A DNA stretch of 64,000 nt from Eledone cirrhosa (GCA_964016885.1 OZ024749.1:25978001-26042000); one strand, 5' to 3'. Positions 1-14,310 are shown, counted from the first letter of the stretch. The notes: generated by a model not told the origin, from the letters alone. A program made the numbers and translations.

Positions 1-890
1 CGTGAGGCAGAGAGAGAGAGAGAGTGGGGAGGGTGATAGAGAGTGTGTGTGTGTGTGTGTTTGTGAATGTGTTTGTACGTGAGGTTGAGAGAGAGGGGTA
101 GAGTGAGAGAGGGGAGGAAGGGTGAGAGAGAAAGAGTGCGTGTGGGTTTGTGAATGAATGTGTTTGTTCGTGAGGGAGAGAGAGAGGGGAGGATGAGAGA
201 GAGTGTGTGTTGGTTTGTATGTATGAATGTTTTTGTATATGAGAGAGTGAGGAAGGGTGAGAGAGTAAGGGGCAGAGAGAGGGTGTGTTGCTACGTGAGT
301 GAGAGAGAAAGAAAAAGGGATGAGGGAGAGAAGAGAGCAAAGTGTATCTATATGAGTGCATAACTGTGTGTGCTTGTATGTATGTGTGCATAAGTGCGTG
401 TGTGCTTGTATGTGTGTGTGCATAAGTGTGTGTGCTTGTATGTATGTGTGCATAGGTGTGTATGTGCTTGTATGTGTGTGTGCATAGGTGTGTGTGCTTG
501 TATGTGTGTGTTCATAAGTGAGTGTGCTTGTATGTGTGTGTGCTTGTATGTGTGTGTGCATAAGTGTGTGTGCTTGTATGTGTGTGTTCATAAGTGAGTG
601 TGCTTGTATGTGTGTGTTCATAAGTGTGTGTGTGCTTGTATGTGTGTGTTCATAAGTGTGTGTGCTTGTATGTATGTGTGCATAAGTGTGTGTGCTTGTA
701 TGTGTGTGTGTATAGGTGTGTGTGCTTGTATGTATGCGTTCATAGGTGTGTGATAGATAAATATGAGAGTGGTAGAAATAAGCAGAAAGATACAGAGGAT
801 GTGTCTATATATAAACGTGTGTGTGTGTGGCAGGGAGGAGCAGAGAGGGTGATAGTGAGTGGTAGAGAAAAACAAAGAGAGGATGTGTGT
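1..890. repeat. GA/GT-rich microsatellites and a ~30-bp minisatellite (TGTGTGTGCTTGTATGTGTGTGTGCATAAG) at ~363-750
   Basis: Tandem periodicity read directly from the sequence. Confidence 0.85.
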
Positions 891-1405
891 ATATATAATA
901 TAGATATATATATATAGATATATTATGAAAATATATAGATATATATATATATATATATAATATAGATATATATATAGATATATATAGATATATATACATA
1001 TATATATATGCATATATACACAAATGTATATGCATATATATATATATATATACATATATATATGCATATATATATATATACACAAATATATATGCATATA
1101 TATATATATATATACACATACATAAGCATATATATATATATATGCATATACACAACAACAACACTAACAACAAATGCATATATATATATACACAAATATA
1201 TATGCATATATATATATATATACACATATATAAGCATATATATATATATATACACACTCACACATATATCTAAACATACATACACACACACATATATACA
1301 CAACAACAACACTAACAACAAATATATATATATATGCATATATATATATGTGTGTATATGTGTGTATATATGTGTGTGTGTATGTATGTTTAGATATATG
1401 TGTGA

Positions 1406-1443
<38 letters not shown>

Positions 1444-1774
1444 ATATGTGTGTGTGTGTGCATGTGTGTTTGTGTGACAGGGGGGGGGGGCGAGATAATT
1501 ATAGAAAGAGGCAGAGAGAGACAGAATTTGTTTTGTATTCGTGTATATATATGTGATAAAGAGGAGAGAGAGAAAGACAATAACAGAAAGAGGGGGAAGA
1601 GATATAATAAAAGAGAGGAGAAAGGGGATAAAGAAAAGAGAAAAGAAAGAGAGACAGAATAAGAGAGAGGAGGAAACCATTTTTTGAAGAATGGCAGGAA
1701 ACAAAACCTGGAATATTTCAGAATATTTCCTTTTTGTCAACTGGAAGAATTGTTTGTTGCTATAGTTATTAATA

Positions 1775-4700
1775 TGGTTGTTGTTATTGGTGTTGTTATT
1801 GGTGTTGTTGGTGTTGTTATTGGTGTTGTTATTGGTGTTGTTATTGGTGTTATTGGTGTTGTTATTGGTGTTATTGGTGTTGTTATTGGTGTTATTGGTG
1901 TTATTGGTGTTGTTATTGGTGTTATTAGTGTTGTTATTGGTGTTATTGGTGTTATTGGTGTTGTTATTGGTGTTATTGGTGTTGTTATTGGTGTTATTGG
2001 TGTTATTGGTGTTGTTATTGGTGTTATTGGTGTTATTGGTGTTGTTATTGGTGTTGTTATTGGTGTTATTGGTGTTATTGGTGTTGTTATTGGTGTTGTT
2101 ATTGGTGTTGTTATTGGTATTGTTATTGGTGTTATTAGTGTTGTTATTGGTGTTGTTATGGGTGTTGTTATTGGTGTTATTGGTGTTGTTATTGGTGTTG
2201 TTATTGGTGTTATTGGTGTTGTTATTGGTGTTGTTATTGGTGTTATTGGTGTTGTTATTGGTGTTATTGGTGTTATTGGTGTTGTTATTGGTGTTATTAG
2301 TGTTGTTATTGGTGTTATTGGTGTTATTGGTGTTGTTATTGGTGTTATTGGTGTTGTTATTGGTGTTATTGGTGTTATTGGTGTTGTTATTGGTGTTATT
2401 GGTGTTATTGGTGTTGTTATTGGTGTTGTTATTGGTGTTATTGGTGTTATTGGTGTTGTTATTGGTGTTGTTATTGGTGTTGTTATTGGTATTGTTATTG
2501 GTGTTATTAGTGTTGTTATTGGTGTTGTTATGGGTGTTGTTATTGGTGTTATTGGTGTTGTTATTGGTGTTGTTATTGGTGTTGTTATTGGTGTTGTTAT
2601 TGGTGTTATTGGTGTTGTTATTGGTGTTGTTATGGGTGTTGTTATTGGTGTTATTGGTGTTGTTATTGGTGTTATTGGTGTTATTGGTGTTATTGGTGTT
2701 GTTATTGGTGTTATTGGTGTTGTTATTGGTGTTATTGGTGTTGTTAAAGGTGTTGTTATTGGTGTTGTTATTGGTGTTGTTATTGGTGTTGTTATTGGTG
2801 TTATTGGTGTTGTTATTGGTGTTGTTATGGGTGTTGTTATTGGTGTTATTGGTGTTGTTATTGGTGTTGTTATTGGTGTTGTATTGGCGTTGTTATTGGC
2901 GTTGTTAATGGTGTTGTTATGGGTGTTGTTATTGGTGTTGTTAAAGGTGTTGTTATTGGTGTTGTTATTGGTGTTGTTAATGGTGTTGTTAATGGTGTTA
3001 TTGGTGTTGTTATTGGTGTTATTGGTGTTGTTATTGGTGTTATTGGTGTTATTGGTGTTATTGGTGTTGTTATTGGTGTTATTGGTGTTGTTATTGGTGT
3101 TATTGGTGTTGTTAAAGGTGTTGTTATTGGTGTTGTTATTGGTGTTGTTATTGGTGTTGTTATTGGTGTTATTGGTGTTGTTATTGGTGTTATTGGTGTT
3201 GTTATTGGTGTTATTGGTGTTGTTATTGGTGTTATTGGTGTTATTGGTGTTGTTATTGGTGTTGTTATTGGTGTTATTGGTGTTATTAGTTTGTTATTGG
3301 TGTTATTGGTGTTGTTATTGGTGTTATTGGTGTTGTTATTGCTGTTGTTATTGGTGCTGTTATTGGTGTTGTTATTGCTGTTGTTATTGGTGCTGTTATT
3401 GGTGTTGTTATTGGTGTTGTTATTGGTGTTATTGGTGTTGTTATTGGTGTTATTGGTGGTATTGGTGTTATTGGTTTTGTTATTGGTGTTATTGGTGTTG
3501 TTATTGGTGTTATTGGTGTTGTTATTGGTGTTATTGGTGTTGTTATTGGTGTTGTTATTGGTGTTATTGGTGTTGTTATTGGTATTATTGGTGTTATTGG
3601 TGTTGTTATTGGTGTTGTTATTGGTGTTAATGGTGGTGTTATTGGTGTTGTTATTGGTGTTATTGGTGTTGTTATTGGTGTTGTTATTGGTGTTATTGTT
3701 GTTATTGGTGTTGTTATTGGTGTTGTTATTGGTGCTGTTATTGGTGTTATTGGTGTTGTTATTGGTGTTGTTATTGGTGCTGTTATTGATGTTATTGGTG
3801 TTATTATTGGTGTTGTTATTGGTGTTGTTATTGGTGTTGTTATTGGTGTTATTGGTGCTGTTATTGGTGTTGTTATTGGTGTTGTTATTGGTGTTATTGG
3901 TGTTGTTATTGGTGTTGGTATTGGTGTTGTTATTGGTGTTATTGGTGCTGTTATTGGTGTTATTGGTGTTGTTATTGGTGCTGGTATTGGTGTTGTTATT
4001 GGTATTGTTATTGGTATTGTTATTGGTGTTGTTATGTGTGTTGTTATTGGTGTTATTGGTGTTGGTGTTGGTGTTGTTATTGGTGTTGTTATTGGTGTTA
4101 TTGGTGTTGTTATTGGTGTTGTTATTGGTGTTATTGGTGCTGTTATTGGTGTTATTGGTGTTGTTATTGGTGCTGGTATTGGTGTTGTTATTGGTGTTGT
4201 TATTGGTGTTGTTATTGGTGTTGTTATTGGTATTGTTATTGGTCTTGTTATTGGTGTTGTTATTGGTGTTGTTATGTGTGTTGTTATTGGTGTTATTGGT
4301 GTTGGTGTTGGTGTTGTTATTGGTGTTGTTATTTGGCGTTGTTAATGGTGTTGTTATTGCTGTTGTTAAAGGTGTTGTTATTGGTGTTGTCATTGGTGTT
4401 GTTAATGGTGTTGTTAATTGTGTTGTTATTGGTGTTGTTATCGGTGTTGTTAATGGTGTTGTTATTGGAGTTGTCATTGGTGTTGTTAATGGTGTTGTTA
4501 ATGGTGTTGTTAATGGTGTTATTGGTGTTGTTATTGGTGTTATTGGTGTTGTTATTGCTGTTGTTATTGGTGTTATTGGTGTTATTGGTGTTGTTATTGG
4601 TGTTATTGGTCTTGTTATTGGTCTTGTTATTGGTGTTGTTATTGGTGTTAATGGTGGTGTTATTGGTGTTGTTATTGGTGTTATTGGTGTTATTGGTGTT

Positions 4701-5560
4701 GTTATTGGTGTTGTTATTGGTGTTATTGGTGTTATTGGTGTTATTGGTGTTGATATCGGTGTTGTTATTGGTGTTGTTATTGGTGTTGTTATTGGTGCTG
4801 TTATTGGTGTTATTGGTGTTGTTATTGGTGTTGTTATTGGTGCTGTTATTGGTGTTATTGGTGTTGTTATTGGTGTTATTGGTGTTATTGGTTTTGTTAT
4901 TGGTGTTGTTATTGGTATTATTGGTGTTATTGGTGTTATTAGTGTTATTGGTGTTGTTATTGGTGTTATTAGTGTTATTGGTGTTGTTATTGGTGTTATT
5001 GGTGTTATTGGTGTTGTTATTGGTGTTAATGGTGTTGTTATTGGTGTTGTTATTGGTGTTGTTATTGGTGTTATTGGTGTTATTGGTGTTATTAGTGTTA
5101 TTGGTGTTGTTATTGGTGTTATTGGTGTTGTTATTGGTGTTAATGGTGTTGTTATTGGTGTTGTTATTGGTGTTATTGGTGTTGGTATTGGTGTTGTTAT
5201 TTGTGTTGTTATTGGTGTTGTTATTGGCGTTGTTAATGGTGTTGTTATTGGTGTTGTTATTGGTGTTGCTATTGGTGTTGTTGTTGGTGTTGTTATTGGT
5301 GTTGTTAATGATGTTGTTATTGCTGTTGTTAAAGGTGTTGTTATAGGTATTATTGGTGTTGTTATTGGTGTTGTTATTGGTGTTGTTATTGGTGTTGTTA
5401 TGGGTGTTGTTTATGGTGTTGTTATTGGTGTTGATAACGGTGTTGCTATTGGTGTTGTTAATGGTGTTTTTATTGGTGTTGTTATTGCTGTTACTGGTGT
5501 TGGAGTTATTGTTGTTATTATTGCTGTTAGTTTCGTTGTTGTCACATTTTTGTTAGTGTT
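1775..5560. repeat. Satellite of mixed 9/12-bp units (GTTATTGGT / GTTGTTATTGGT)
   Basis: Tandem triplet-based units; phase slips near 2880, 3290 and 4330. Confidence 0.95.
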
Positions 5561-8500
5561 GTTGTGATAGTTGTTGTTAGTGTTATTGTGATAGTTGTTG
5601 TTAGTGTTGTGGTGATAGCGGTTATTATTGTTATTGTTGTGATAGTTGTTGTTAGTGTTGTTGATGATATAGTTGTTGTTAGTGTTGTTGTTGTTGTGAT
5701 AGTTGTTGATCGTATTGTTGTTGTGATAGTTGTTGTTAGTGTTGTTGTTGCTATAGTTGTTGTTAGTATTGTTGTTGTGATACGTGTTGTTAGTGTTGTT
5801 GTTCCTATAGTTGTTGTTAGTGTTGTTGTAGTGATAGTTGTTGTTAGTGTTGTTGTTGTGATAGGTGTTGTTAGTGTTGTTGTTGCTATAGTTGTTGTTA
5901 GTGTTGTTTTTGTGATAGTTTTTGTTAGTGTTGTTGTTGTGATAGGTGTTGTTAGTGTTGTTGTTGCTATATTTATTGTTACTGTTGTTGTTGTGATAGG
6001 TGTTGTTAGTGTTGTTGTTGTGATAGGTGTTGTTAGTGTTGTTGTTGTGATAGGTATTGTTAGTATTGTTGTTGCTATCGTTGTTGTTAGTGTTGTTGTT
6101 GTTAGTGTTGTTGTTGTGATAGTTGTTGTTAGTATTGTTGTTGTGATAGGTGTTGTTAGTGTTGTTGTTGTGATAGGTGTTGTTATTGTTGTTGTTGCTA
6201 TAGTTGTTAGTGTTGTTGTTGTGATAGTTGTTGTTAGTGTTGTTGTTGTGATAGGTGTTGTTAGTGTTGTTGTTGTGATAGGTGTTGTTAGTGTTGTTGT
6301 TGTGATAGGTGTTGTTACTATTGTTGTTGTGATAATTGTTGTTAGTGTTGTTGTTATGATAGGTGTTGTTAGTGTTATTGTTGCTATAGTTGTTGTTAGT
6401 ATTGTTGTTGTGATAGTTGTTGTTAGTATTGTTGTTGTGATAGGTGTTGTTAGTATTGTTGTTGTGATAGTTGTTGTTAGTATTGTTGTTGTGATAGGTG
6501 TTGTTAGTATTGTTGTTGTGATGGGGGTGTTGTTAGTGTTGTTGTTGTGATAGGTGTTGTTAGTGTTGTTGTTGCTATAGTTGTTAGTGTTGTTGTTGTG
6601 ATAGGTGTTGTTAGTGTTGTTGTTGTAATAGGTGTTGTTAATGTTGTTGTTGTGATAGTTGTTGTTAATGTTGTCGTTCCTATAGTTGTTGTGATAGTTT
6701 TTGTTAGTGTTGTTAGTGTTGTTGTTGTGATAGTTGTTGTTAGTATTGTTGTTGCTATAGTTGTTGTTAGTGTTGTTGTTGTAACAGTTGTTGTTAGTGT
6801 TGTTGTTAGTGTTGTTGTTGTGATAGTTGTTGTTAGTGTTGTTGTTGTGATATTGTTGTTAGTGTTGTTGTTGCTATAGTTGTGGTTGTGATAGTTGTTG
6901 TTAGTGTTGTTGTTGTGATAGGTGTTGTTAGTGTTGTTGTTGCTATAGTTGTTGTTAGTGTTGTTGTTGCTATAGTTGTTGTTAGTGTTGTTGTTATAGT
7001 TGTTGTTAGTATTGTTGTTGCTATAGTTGTTGTTAGTGTTGTTGTTGTGATAGTTGTTGTTAGTGTTGTTGTTGTGATAGGTGTTGTTAGAATTGTTGTT
7101 GTGATAGGTGTTGTTAGTGTTGTTGTTGTGATAGGTGTTGTTAGTGTTGTTGTTGTGATAGGTGTTGTTACTATTGTTGTTGTGATAGTTGTTGTTAGTG
7201 TTGTTGTTGTAACAGTTGTTGTTAGTGTTGTTGTTAGTGTTGTTGTTGTGATAGTTGTTGTTAGTGTTGTTGTTGTGATATTGTTGTTAGTGTTGTTGTT
7301 GCTATAGTTGTGGTTGTGATAGTTGTTGTTAGTGTTGTTGTTGTGATAGGTGTTGTTAGTGTTGTTGTTGCTATAGTTGTTGTTAGTGTTGTTGTTGCTA
7401 TAGTTGTTGTTAGTGTTGTTGTTATAGTTGTTGTTAGTATTGTTGTTGCTATAGTTGTTGTTAGTGTTGTTGTTGTGATAGTTGTTGTTAGTGTTGTTGT
7501 TGTGATAGGTGTTGTTAGAATTGTTGTTGTGATAGGTGTTGTTAGTGTTGTTGTTGTGATAGGTGTTGTTAGTGTTGTTGTTGTGATAGGTGTTGTTACT
7601 ATTGTTGTTGTGATAGTTGTTGTTAGTGTTGTTGTTGTGATAGGTGTTGTTAGTGTTGTTGTTGTGATAGGTGTTGTTAGTGTTGTTGTTGCTATAGTTG
7701 TTGTTAGTGTTGTTGTTGTGACAGTTGTTGTTAGTGTTGTTGTTGTGATAGGTGTTGTTAGTGTTGTTGTTGCTATAGTTGTTGTTAGTGTTGTTTTTGT
7801 GATAGTTGTTGTTGTGATAGGTTTTGTTACTATTGTTGTTGTGATAGTTGTTGTTAGTGTTGTTGTTATGATAGGTGTTGTTAGTGTTGTTGTTGCTATA
7901 GTTGTTGTTAGTATTGTTGTTTTGATAGTTGTTGTCAGTGTTGTTGTTGTGATAGGTGTTGTTAATGTTGTTGTTGTGATAGGTGTTGTTAGTGTTGTTG
8001 TTGCTATCGTTGTTGTTAGTGTTGTTTTAGTGATAGTTGTTGTTAGTGTTGTTGTGATAGGTGTTGTTAGTGTTGTTGTTGTGATAGGTGTTGTTACTAT
8101 TGTTGTTGTGATAGTTGTTGTTAGTGTTGTTGTTATGATAGGTGTTGTTAGTATTGTTGTTGTGATATGTGTTGTTAGTGTTATTGTTGCTATAGTTGTT
8201 GTTAGTATTGTTGTTTTGATAGGTGTTGTTAGTGTTGTTGTTGTGATAGGTGTTGTTAGAATTGTTGTTGTGATAGGTGTTGTTAGTGTTGTTGTTGTGA
8301 TAGGTGTTGTTAGTGTTGTTATTGCTATGGTTGTTAGTTTTGTTGTTGTGATAGTTGTTGTTAGTGTTGTTGTTGTGATAGGTGTTGTAAGTATTGTTGT
8401 GATAGTTGTTGTTAGTGTTATTGTTGCTATAGTTGTTGTTAGTATTGTTGTTGTGATAGGTGTTGTTAGTGTTGTTGTTGTGATAGGTGTTGTTAATGTT

Positions 8501-11500
8501 GTTGTTGTGATAGTTGTTGTTAGTGTTGTTTTTGTGATAGTTGTTGTTAATGTTGTTGTTCCTATAGTTGTTGTTAGTGTTGTTGTGATAGTTTTTGTTA
8601 GTGTTGTTGTTGTGATAGTTGTTGTTACTGTTGTTGTTGCTATAGTTGTTGTTAGTGTTGTTGTTGTGATAGGTGTTGTTAGTGTTGTTGTTGCTATAGT
8701 TGTTGTTAGTGTTGTTGTTGTTGTGATAGTTGTTGTTAGTGTTGTTGTTGTGATAGTTGTTGTTAGTGTTGTTGTTGCTATAGTTGTTGTTAGTGTTGTT
8801 GTTGTGATAGTTGTTGTTAGTATTGTTGTTGTGATAGGTGTTGTTAGTGTTGTTGTTGCTATAGTTGTTATTAGTGTTATTGTTGTGATAGTTGTTGTTA
8901 GTGTTGTTGTTGTGATAGGTGTTGTTAGTGTTGTTGTTGTGATAGTTGTTGTTAGTGTTGTTGTTGTGATAGTTGTTGTTAGTGTTGTTGTTGTGATAGG
9001 TGTTGTTAGTGTTGTTGTTGTGATAGTTGTTGTTAGTATTGTTGTTGCTATAGTTGTTGTTAGTGTTGTTGTTTTGATAGGTGTTGTTAGTGTTGTTGTT
9101 GTGATAGTTGTTGTTAGTGTTGTTGTTGTTGTGATAGGTGTTGTTAGTGTTGTTGTTGTGATAGTTGTTGTTAGTGTTGTTGTTGCTATAGTTGTTGTTA
9201 GTGTTGTTGTTGTGATAGTTGTTGTTAGTATTGTTGTTGTGATAGGTGTTGTTAGTGTTGTTGTTGCTATAGTTGTTGTTAGTGTTGTTGTTGTGATAGT
9301 TGTTGTTAGTGTTGTTGTTGTGATAGTTGTTGTTAGTGTTGTTGTTGCTATAGTTGTTGTTAGTGTTGTTGTTGTGATAGTTGTTGTTAGTGTTGTTGTT
9401 GTGATAGGTGTTGTTAGTGTTGTTGTTGCTATAGTTGTTGTTAGTGTTGTTGTTGTAACAGTTGTTGTTAGTGTTGTTGTTGTGATAGGTGTTGTTAGTG
9501 TTGTTGTTGTGATAGGTGTTGTTAGTGTTCTTGTTGCTATAGTTGTTGTTAGTGTTGTTGTTGTGATAGTTGTTGTTAGTGTTGTTGTTGTGATAGTTGT
9601 TGTTAGTGTTGTTGTTGTGATAGGTGTTGTTAGAATTGTTGTTGTGATAGGTGTTGTTAGTGTTGTTGTTGTGATAGGTGTTGTTAGTGTTGTTATTGCT
9701 ATGGTTGTTAGTGTTGTTGTTGTGATAGTTGTTGTTAGTGTTGTTGTTGTGATAGGTGTTGTTAGTATTGTAGTGATAGTTGTTGTTAGTGTTATTGTTG
9801 CTATAGTTGTTGTTAGTATTGTTGTTGTGATAGGTGTTGTTAGTGTTGTTGTTGTGATAGGTGTTGTTAATTTTGTTGTTGTGATAGTTGTTGTTAGTGT
9901 TGTTTTTGTGATAGTTGTTGTTAATGTTGTTGTTCCTATAGTTGTTGTTAGTGTTGTTGTGATAGTTTTTGTTAGTGTTGTTGTTGTGATAGTTGTTGTT
10001 ACTGTTGTTGTTGCTATAGTTGTTGTTAGTGTTGTTGTTGTGATAGGTGTTGTTAGTGTTGTTCTTGCTATAGTTGTTGTTAGTGTTGTTGTTGTGATAG
10101 GTGTTGTTAGTGTTGTTGTTGTGATAGGTGTTAGTGTTATTGTTGCTATAGTTGTTGTTAGTATTGTTGTTTTGATAGTTGTTGTTAGTGTTTTTGTTGT
10201 GATAGGTGTTGTTAGAATTGTTGTTATGATAGGTGTTGTTAGTGTTGTTGTTGTGATAGGTGTTGTTAGTGTTGTTATTGCTATGGTTGTTAGTGTTGTT
10301 GTTGTGATAGTTGTTGTTCGTGTTGTTGTTGTGATAGGTGTTGTTAGTATTGTTGTGATAGTTGTTGTTAGTGTTATTGTTGCTATAGTTGTTGTTAGTA
10401 TTGTTGTTGTGATAGGTGTTGTTAGTGTTGTTGTTGTGATAGGTGTTGTTAATGTTGTTGTTGTGATAGTTGTTGTTAGTGTTGTTTTTGTGATAGTTGT
10501 TGTTAATGTTGTTGTTCCTATAGTTGTTATTAGTGTTGTTGTGATAGTTTTTGTTAGTGTTGTTGTTGTGATAGTTGTTGTTACTGTTGTTGTTGCTATA
10601 GTTGTTGTTAGTGTTGTTGTTGTGATAGGTGTTGTTAGTGTTGTTGTTGCTATAGTTGTTGTTAGTGTTGTTGTTGTTGTGATAGTTGTTGTTAGTGTTG
10701 TTGTTGTGATAGGTGTTGTTAGTGTTGTTGTTGTGATAGTTGTTGTTAGTGTTGTTGTTGCTATAGTTGTTGTTAGTGTTGTTGTTGTGATAGTTGTTGT
10801 TAGTATTGTTGTTGTGATAGGTGTTGTTAGTGTTGTTGTTGCTATAGTTGTTATTAGTGTTATTGTTGTGATAGTTGTTGTTAGTGTTGTTGTTGTGATA
10901 GGTGTTGTTAGTGTTGTTGTTGTGATAGTTGTTGTTAGTGTTTTTGTTGTGATAGTTGTTGTTAGCGTTGTTGTTGTGATAGGTGTTGTTAGTGTTGTTG
11001 TTGTGATAGTTGTTGTTAGTATTGTTGTTGCTATAGTTGTTGTTAGTGTTGTTGTTGTGATAGGTGTTGTTAGTGTTGTTGTTGTGATAGTTGTTGTTAG
11101 TGTTGTTGTTGCTATAGTTGTTGTTAGTGTTGTTGTTGTGATAGTTGTTGTTAGTGTTGTTGTTGTGATAGTTGTTGTTAGTGTTGTTGTTGCTATAGTT
11201 GTTGTTAGTGTTGTTGTTGTGATAGTTGTTGTTAGTGTTGTTGTTGTGATAGCTGTTGTTAGTGTTGTTGTTGCTATAGTTGTTGTTAGTGTTGTTGTTG
11301 TAACAGTTGTTGTTAGTGTTGTTGTTGTGATAGGTGTTGTTAGTGTTGTTGTTGTGATAGGTGTTGTTAGTGTTGTTATTGCTATGGTTGTTAGTGTTGT
11401 TGTTGTGATAGTTGTTGTTCGTGTTTTTGTTGTGATAGGTGTTGTTAGAATTGTTGTTGTGATAGGTGTTGTTAGTGTTGTTGTTGTGATAAGTGTTGTT

Positions 11501-12800
11501 AGTGCTGTTATTGCTATGGTTGTTAGTGTTGTTGTTGTGATAGTTGTTGTTCGTGTTGTTGTTGTGATAGGTGTTGTTAGTATTGTTGTGATAGTTGTTG
11601 TTAGTGTTATTGTTGCTATAGTTGTTGTTAGTATTGTTGTTGTGATAGGTGTTGTTAGTGTTGTTGTTGTGATAGGTGTTGTTAATGTTGTTGTTGTGAT
11701 AGTTGTTGTTAGTGTTGTTTTTGTGATAGTTGTTGTTAATGTTGTTGTTCCTATAGTTGTTGTTAGTGTTGTTGTGATAGTTTTTGTTAGTGTTGTTGTT
11801 GTGATAGTTGTTGTTACTGTTGTTGTTGCTATAGTTGTTGTTAGTGTTGTTGTTGTGATAGGTGTTGTTAGTGTTGTTGTTGCTATAGTTGTTGTTAGTG
11901 TTGTTGTTGTTGTGATAGTTGTTGTTAGTGTTGTTGTTGTGATAGGTGTTGTTAGTGTTGTTGTTGTGATAGTTGTTGTTAGTGTTGTTGTTGCTATAGT
12001 TGTTGTTAGTGTTGTTGTTGTGATAGTTGTTGTTAGTATTGTTGTTGTGATAGGTGTTGTTAGTGTTGTTGTTGCTATAGTTGTTATTAGTGTTATTGTT
12101 GTGATAGTTGTTGTTAGTGTTGTTGTTGTGATAGGTGTTGTTAGTGTTGTTGTTGTGATAGTTGTTGTTAGTGTTTTTGTTGTGATAGTTGTTGTTAGCG
12201 TTGTTGTTGTGATAGGTGTTGTTAGTGTTGTTGTTGTGATAGTTGTTGTTAGTATTGTTGTTGCTATAGTTGTTGTTAGTGTTGTTGTTGTGATAGGTGT
12301 TGTTAGTGTTGTTGTTGTGATACTTGTTGTTAGTGTTGTTGTTGCTATAGTTGTTGTTAGTGTTGTTGTTGTGATAGTTGTTGTTAGTGTTGTTGTTGTG
12401 ATAGTTGTTGTTAGTGTTGTTGTTGCTATAGTTGTTGTTAGTGTTGTTGTTGTGATAGTTGTTGTTAGTGTTGTTGTTGTGATAGGTGTTGTTAGTGTTG
12501 TTGTTGCTATAGTTGTTGTTAGTGTTGTTGTTGTAACAGTTGTTGTTAGTGTTGTTGTTGTGATAGGTGTTGTTAGTGTTGTTGTTGTGATAGGTGTTGT
12601 TAGTGTTCTTGTTGCTATAGTTGTTGTTAGTGTTGTTGTTGCTATAGTTGTTGTTAGTGTTGTTGTTGTGATAGTTGTTGTTAGTGCTGTTGTTGTTGTG
12701 ATAGGTGCTACTAGTGTTGTTGTTGTGATAGGTGTTGTTAGTGTTGTTGTTGTGATAGTTGTTGTTAGTGTTGTTGTGGTAGGTGTCGTTATTGTTGTTG
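5561..12800. repeat. 27-bp satellite (GTGATAGTTGTTGTTAGTGTTGTTGTT and variants GTGATAGGT/GCTATAGTT) with higher-order block duplications
   Basis: Tandem 27-bp periodicity; variant blocks recur (e.g. the CCTATAG-containing block at ~8.56, 9.93, 10.52 and 11.75 kb). Confidence 0.95.
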
Positions 12801-13140
12801 GTGTCGTTATTGTTGTTGTTATAGTTATAAGTGTTATAGCTGTTGTCATAGTTGTTGGTATAATTTTGGTTACCTTGGTTGATTTGTTGATGTTGTTTTT
12901 CACATTTTTCTTGATATTGTTGATGTTGTTTTTGTTGTTATCGAAGTTATTGTTGTTGTTGTTTTGGTTGTGGTGGTGACGTTGTTGTTGTTCTTGGTGC
13001 TGTTGGTGTTGTCGTTGTTGATGTTAAAGGTGTTGTTCTTATTGATGTTGTGTTGTTGTTGGTGGTGGTGATAATGATAGTGTTGGTGGTGGTGGTGGTG
13101 GTGGTGGTGATATGGGTTGCTGTTTTTATTGTTGTGGTTG

Positions 13141-13194
13141 GTATAGTGGTAGTAGTAGTAGCAGCAGTAGTAGTAGTAGTAGTAGTAGCAGCAC

Positions 13195-13227
<33 letters not shown>

Positions 13228-13421
13228 CAGTAGTAGTAGCAGTAGTAGTAGCAGCAGTATAGTAGCAGTAGTAGTAGTAGTAGTAGTAGCAGTAGCAGTA
13301 GTTGTAGTAGTAGTAGCAGTAGTTGTAGCAGTATTAGTAGCAGCAGCAGTAGTAGTAGTAGTACTAGTAGTAGTAGTAGTAGTAGCAGTAGTAGTAGTAG
13401 TAGAAGCAGTAGGAGTAGTAA

Positions 13422-13466
<45 letters not shown>

Positions 13467-13539
13467 CAGTAGTTTTAGCAGTATTAGTAGCAGTAGTTTT
13501 AGCAGTATTAGTAGCAGCAGTAGTAGCAGCAGTAGCAGC

Positions 13540-13592
<53 letters not shown>
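13141..13592. repeat. (TAG)n/(CAG) trinucleotide microsatellite
   Basis: Direct reading. Confidence 0.95.
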
Positions 13593-14109
13593 CCTTTATC
13601 CTTTACCATCCATGTTATATACGCTATTCCGCTGAACTAAAACAAAATGTACAGAAATGAAATTTAATAAATTAAATATATTCACACTCTTATACACACA
13701 CATACATACATATGTAAATACATACACACATACAGATATATACATATGTGTATGTTTATAAATCTATATATATATATAATGTGCATATAGACACATATCA
13801 TGTGTATATATATACAGTATATTTGTGTATGTATGTATATATATATATATATGTATATACATGTAATTATGTATATGTATATATATATGTATATACATGT
13901 ATTTATGCATATATATATATATATATGTATGTATATATGTACATATGTATATATATATGTATGCATATATATGTATATGTATGTATATATGTATGCATAT
14001 ATATGTATATGTATGTATATATGTATGCATATTTATGTATATGTATATATATATATAGGTATGCATATATATGTGTATATATATGTATGCATATATATGT
14101 GTATATATA

Positions 14110-14310
14110 AGGATTAAAATACTGGAGCGTGTTGGAGTTAAACACCCTCTTCGTATTATAGAAATGACAGTAAAAGGTATAGCTCAATGCAGTTAAACAG
14201 AGCCAAAAAATTAAGAGAGTAAAACAAAGAATCCTTTAATACATCAAAAGTTTTTATTAGCCGACAATGTTTCGTCTTATTAAGGACTCATCAGGGCAAT
14301 CAATACGAAA
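14110..14310 (-). mobile_element. Short Penelope-like pLTR fragment carrying a hammerhead, inserted in TA microsatellite
   Basis: Hammerhead plus downstream GCTCTGT..CATTGAGCTA..TACTG motifs shared with 16403-16650 and with the Penelope 3' end at 31500-31560. Confidence 0.65.
14260..14297 (-). ncRNA. Minimal type I hammerhead ribozyme (Penelope pLTR/retrozyme type)
   Basis: Minus strand GCC-CUGAUGA-GUC(CUUAAUAA)GAC-GAAAC-AUU-GUC^GGC. Complete core, stems I-III, GUC cleavage triplet, followed by AATAAA. Confidence 0.85.

Noticed and set aside
7261-12979. 1880-aa Thr-rich (mucin-like) and 1889-aa Val-rich ORFs
   Set aside because: They follow automatically from stop-free triplet satellite units. 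The same array has phase slips at ~6520, 6850 and 7280, and there is no signal peptide or non-repetitive domain.
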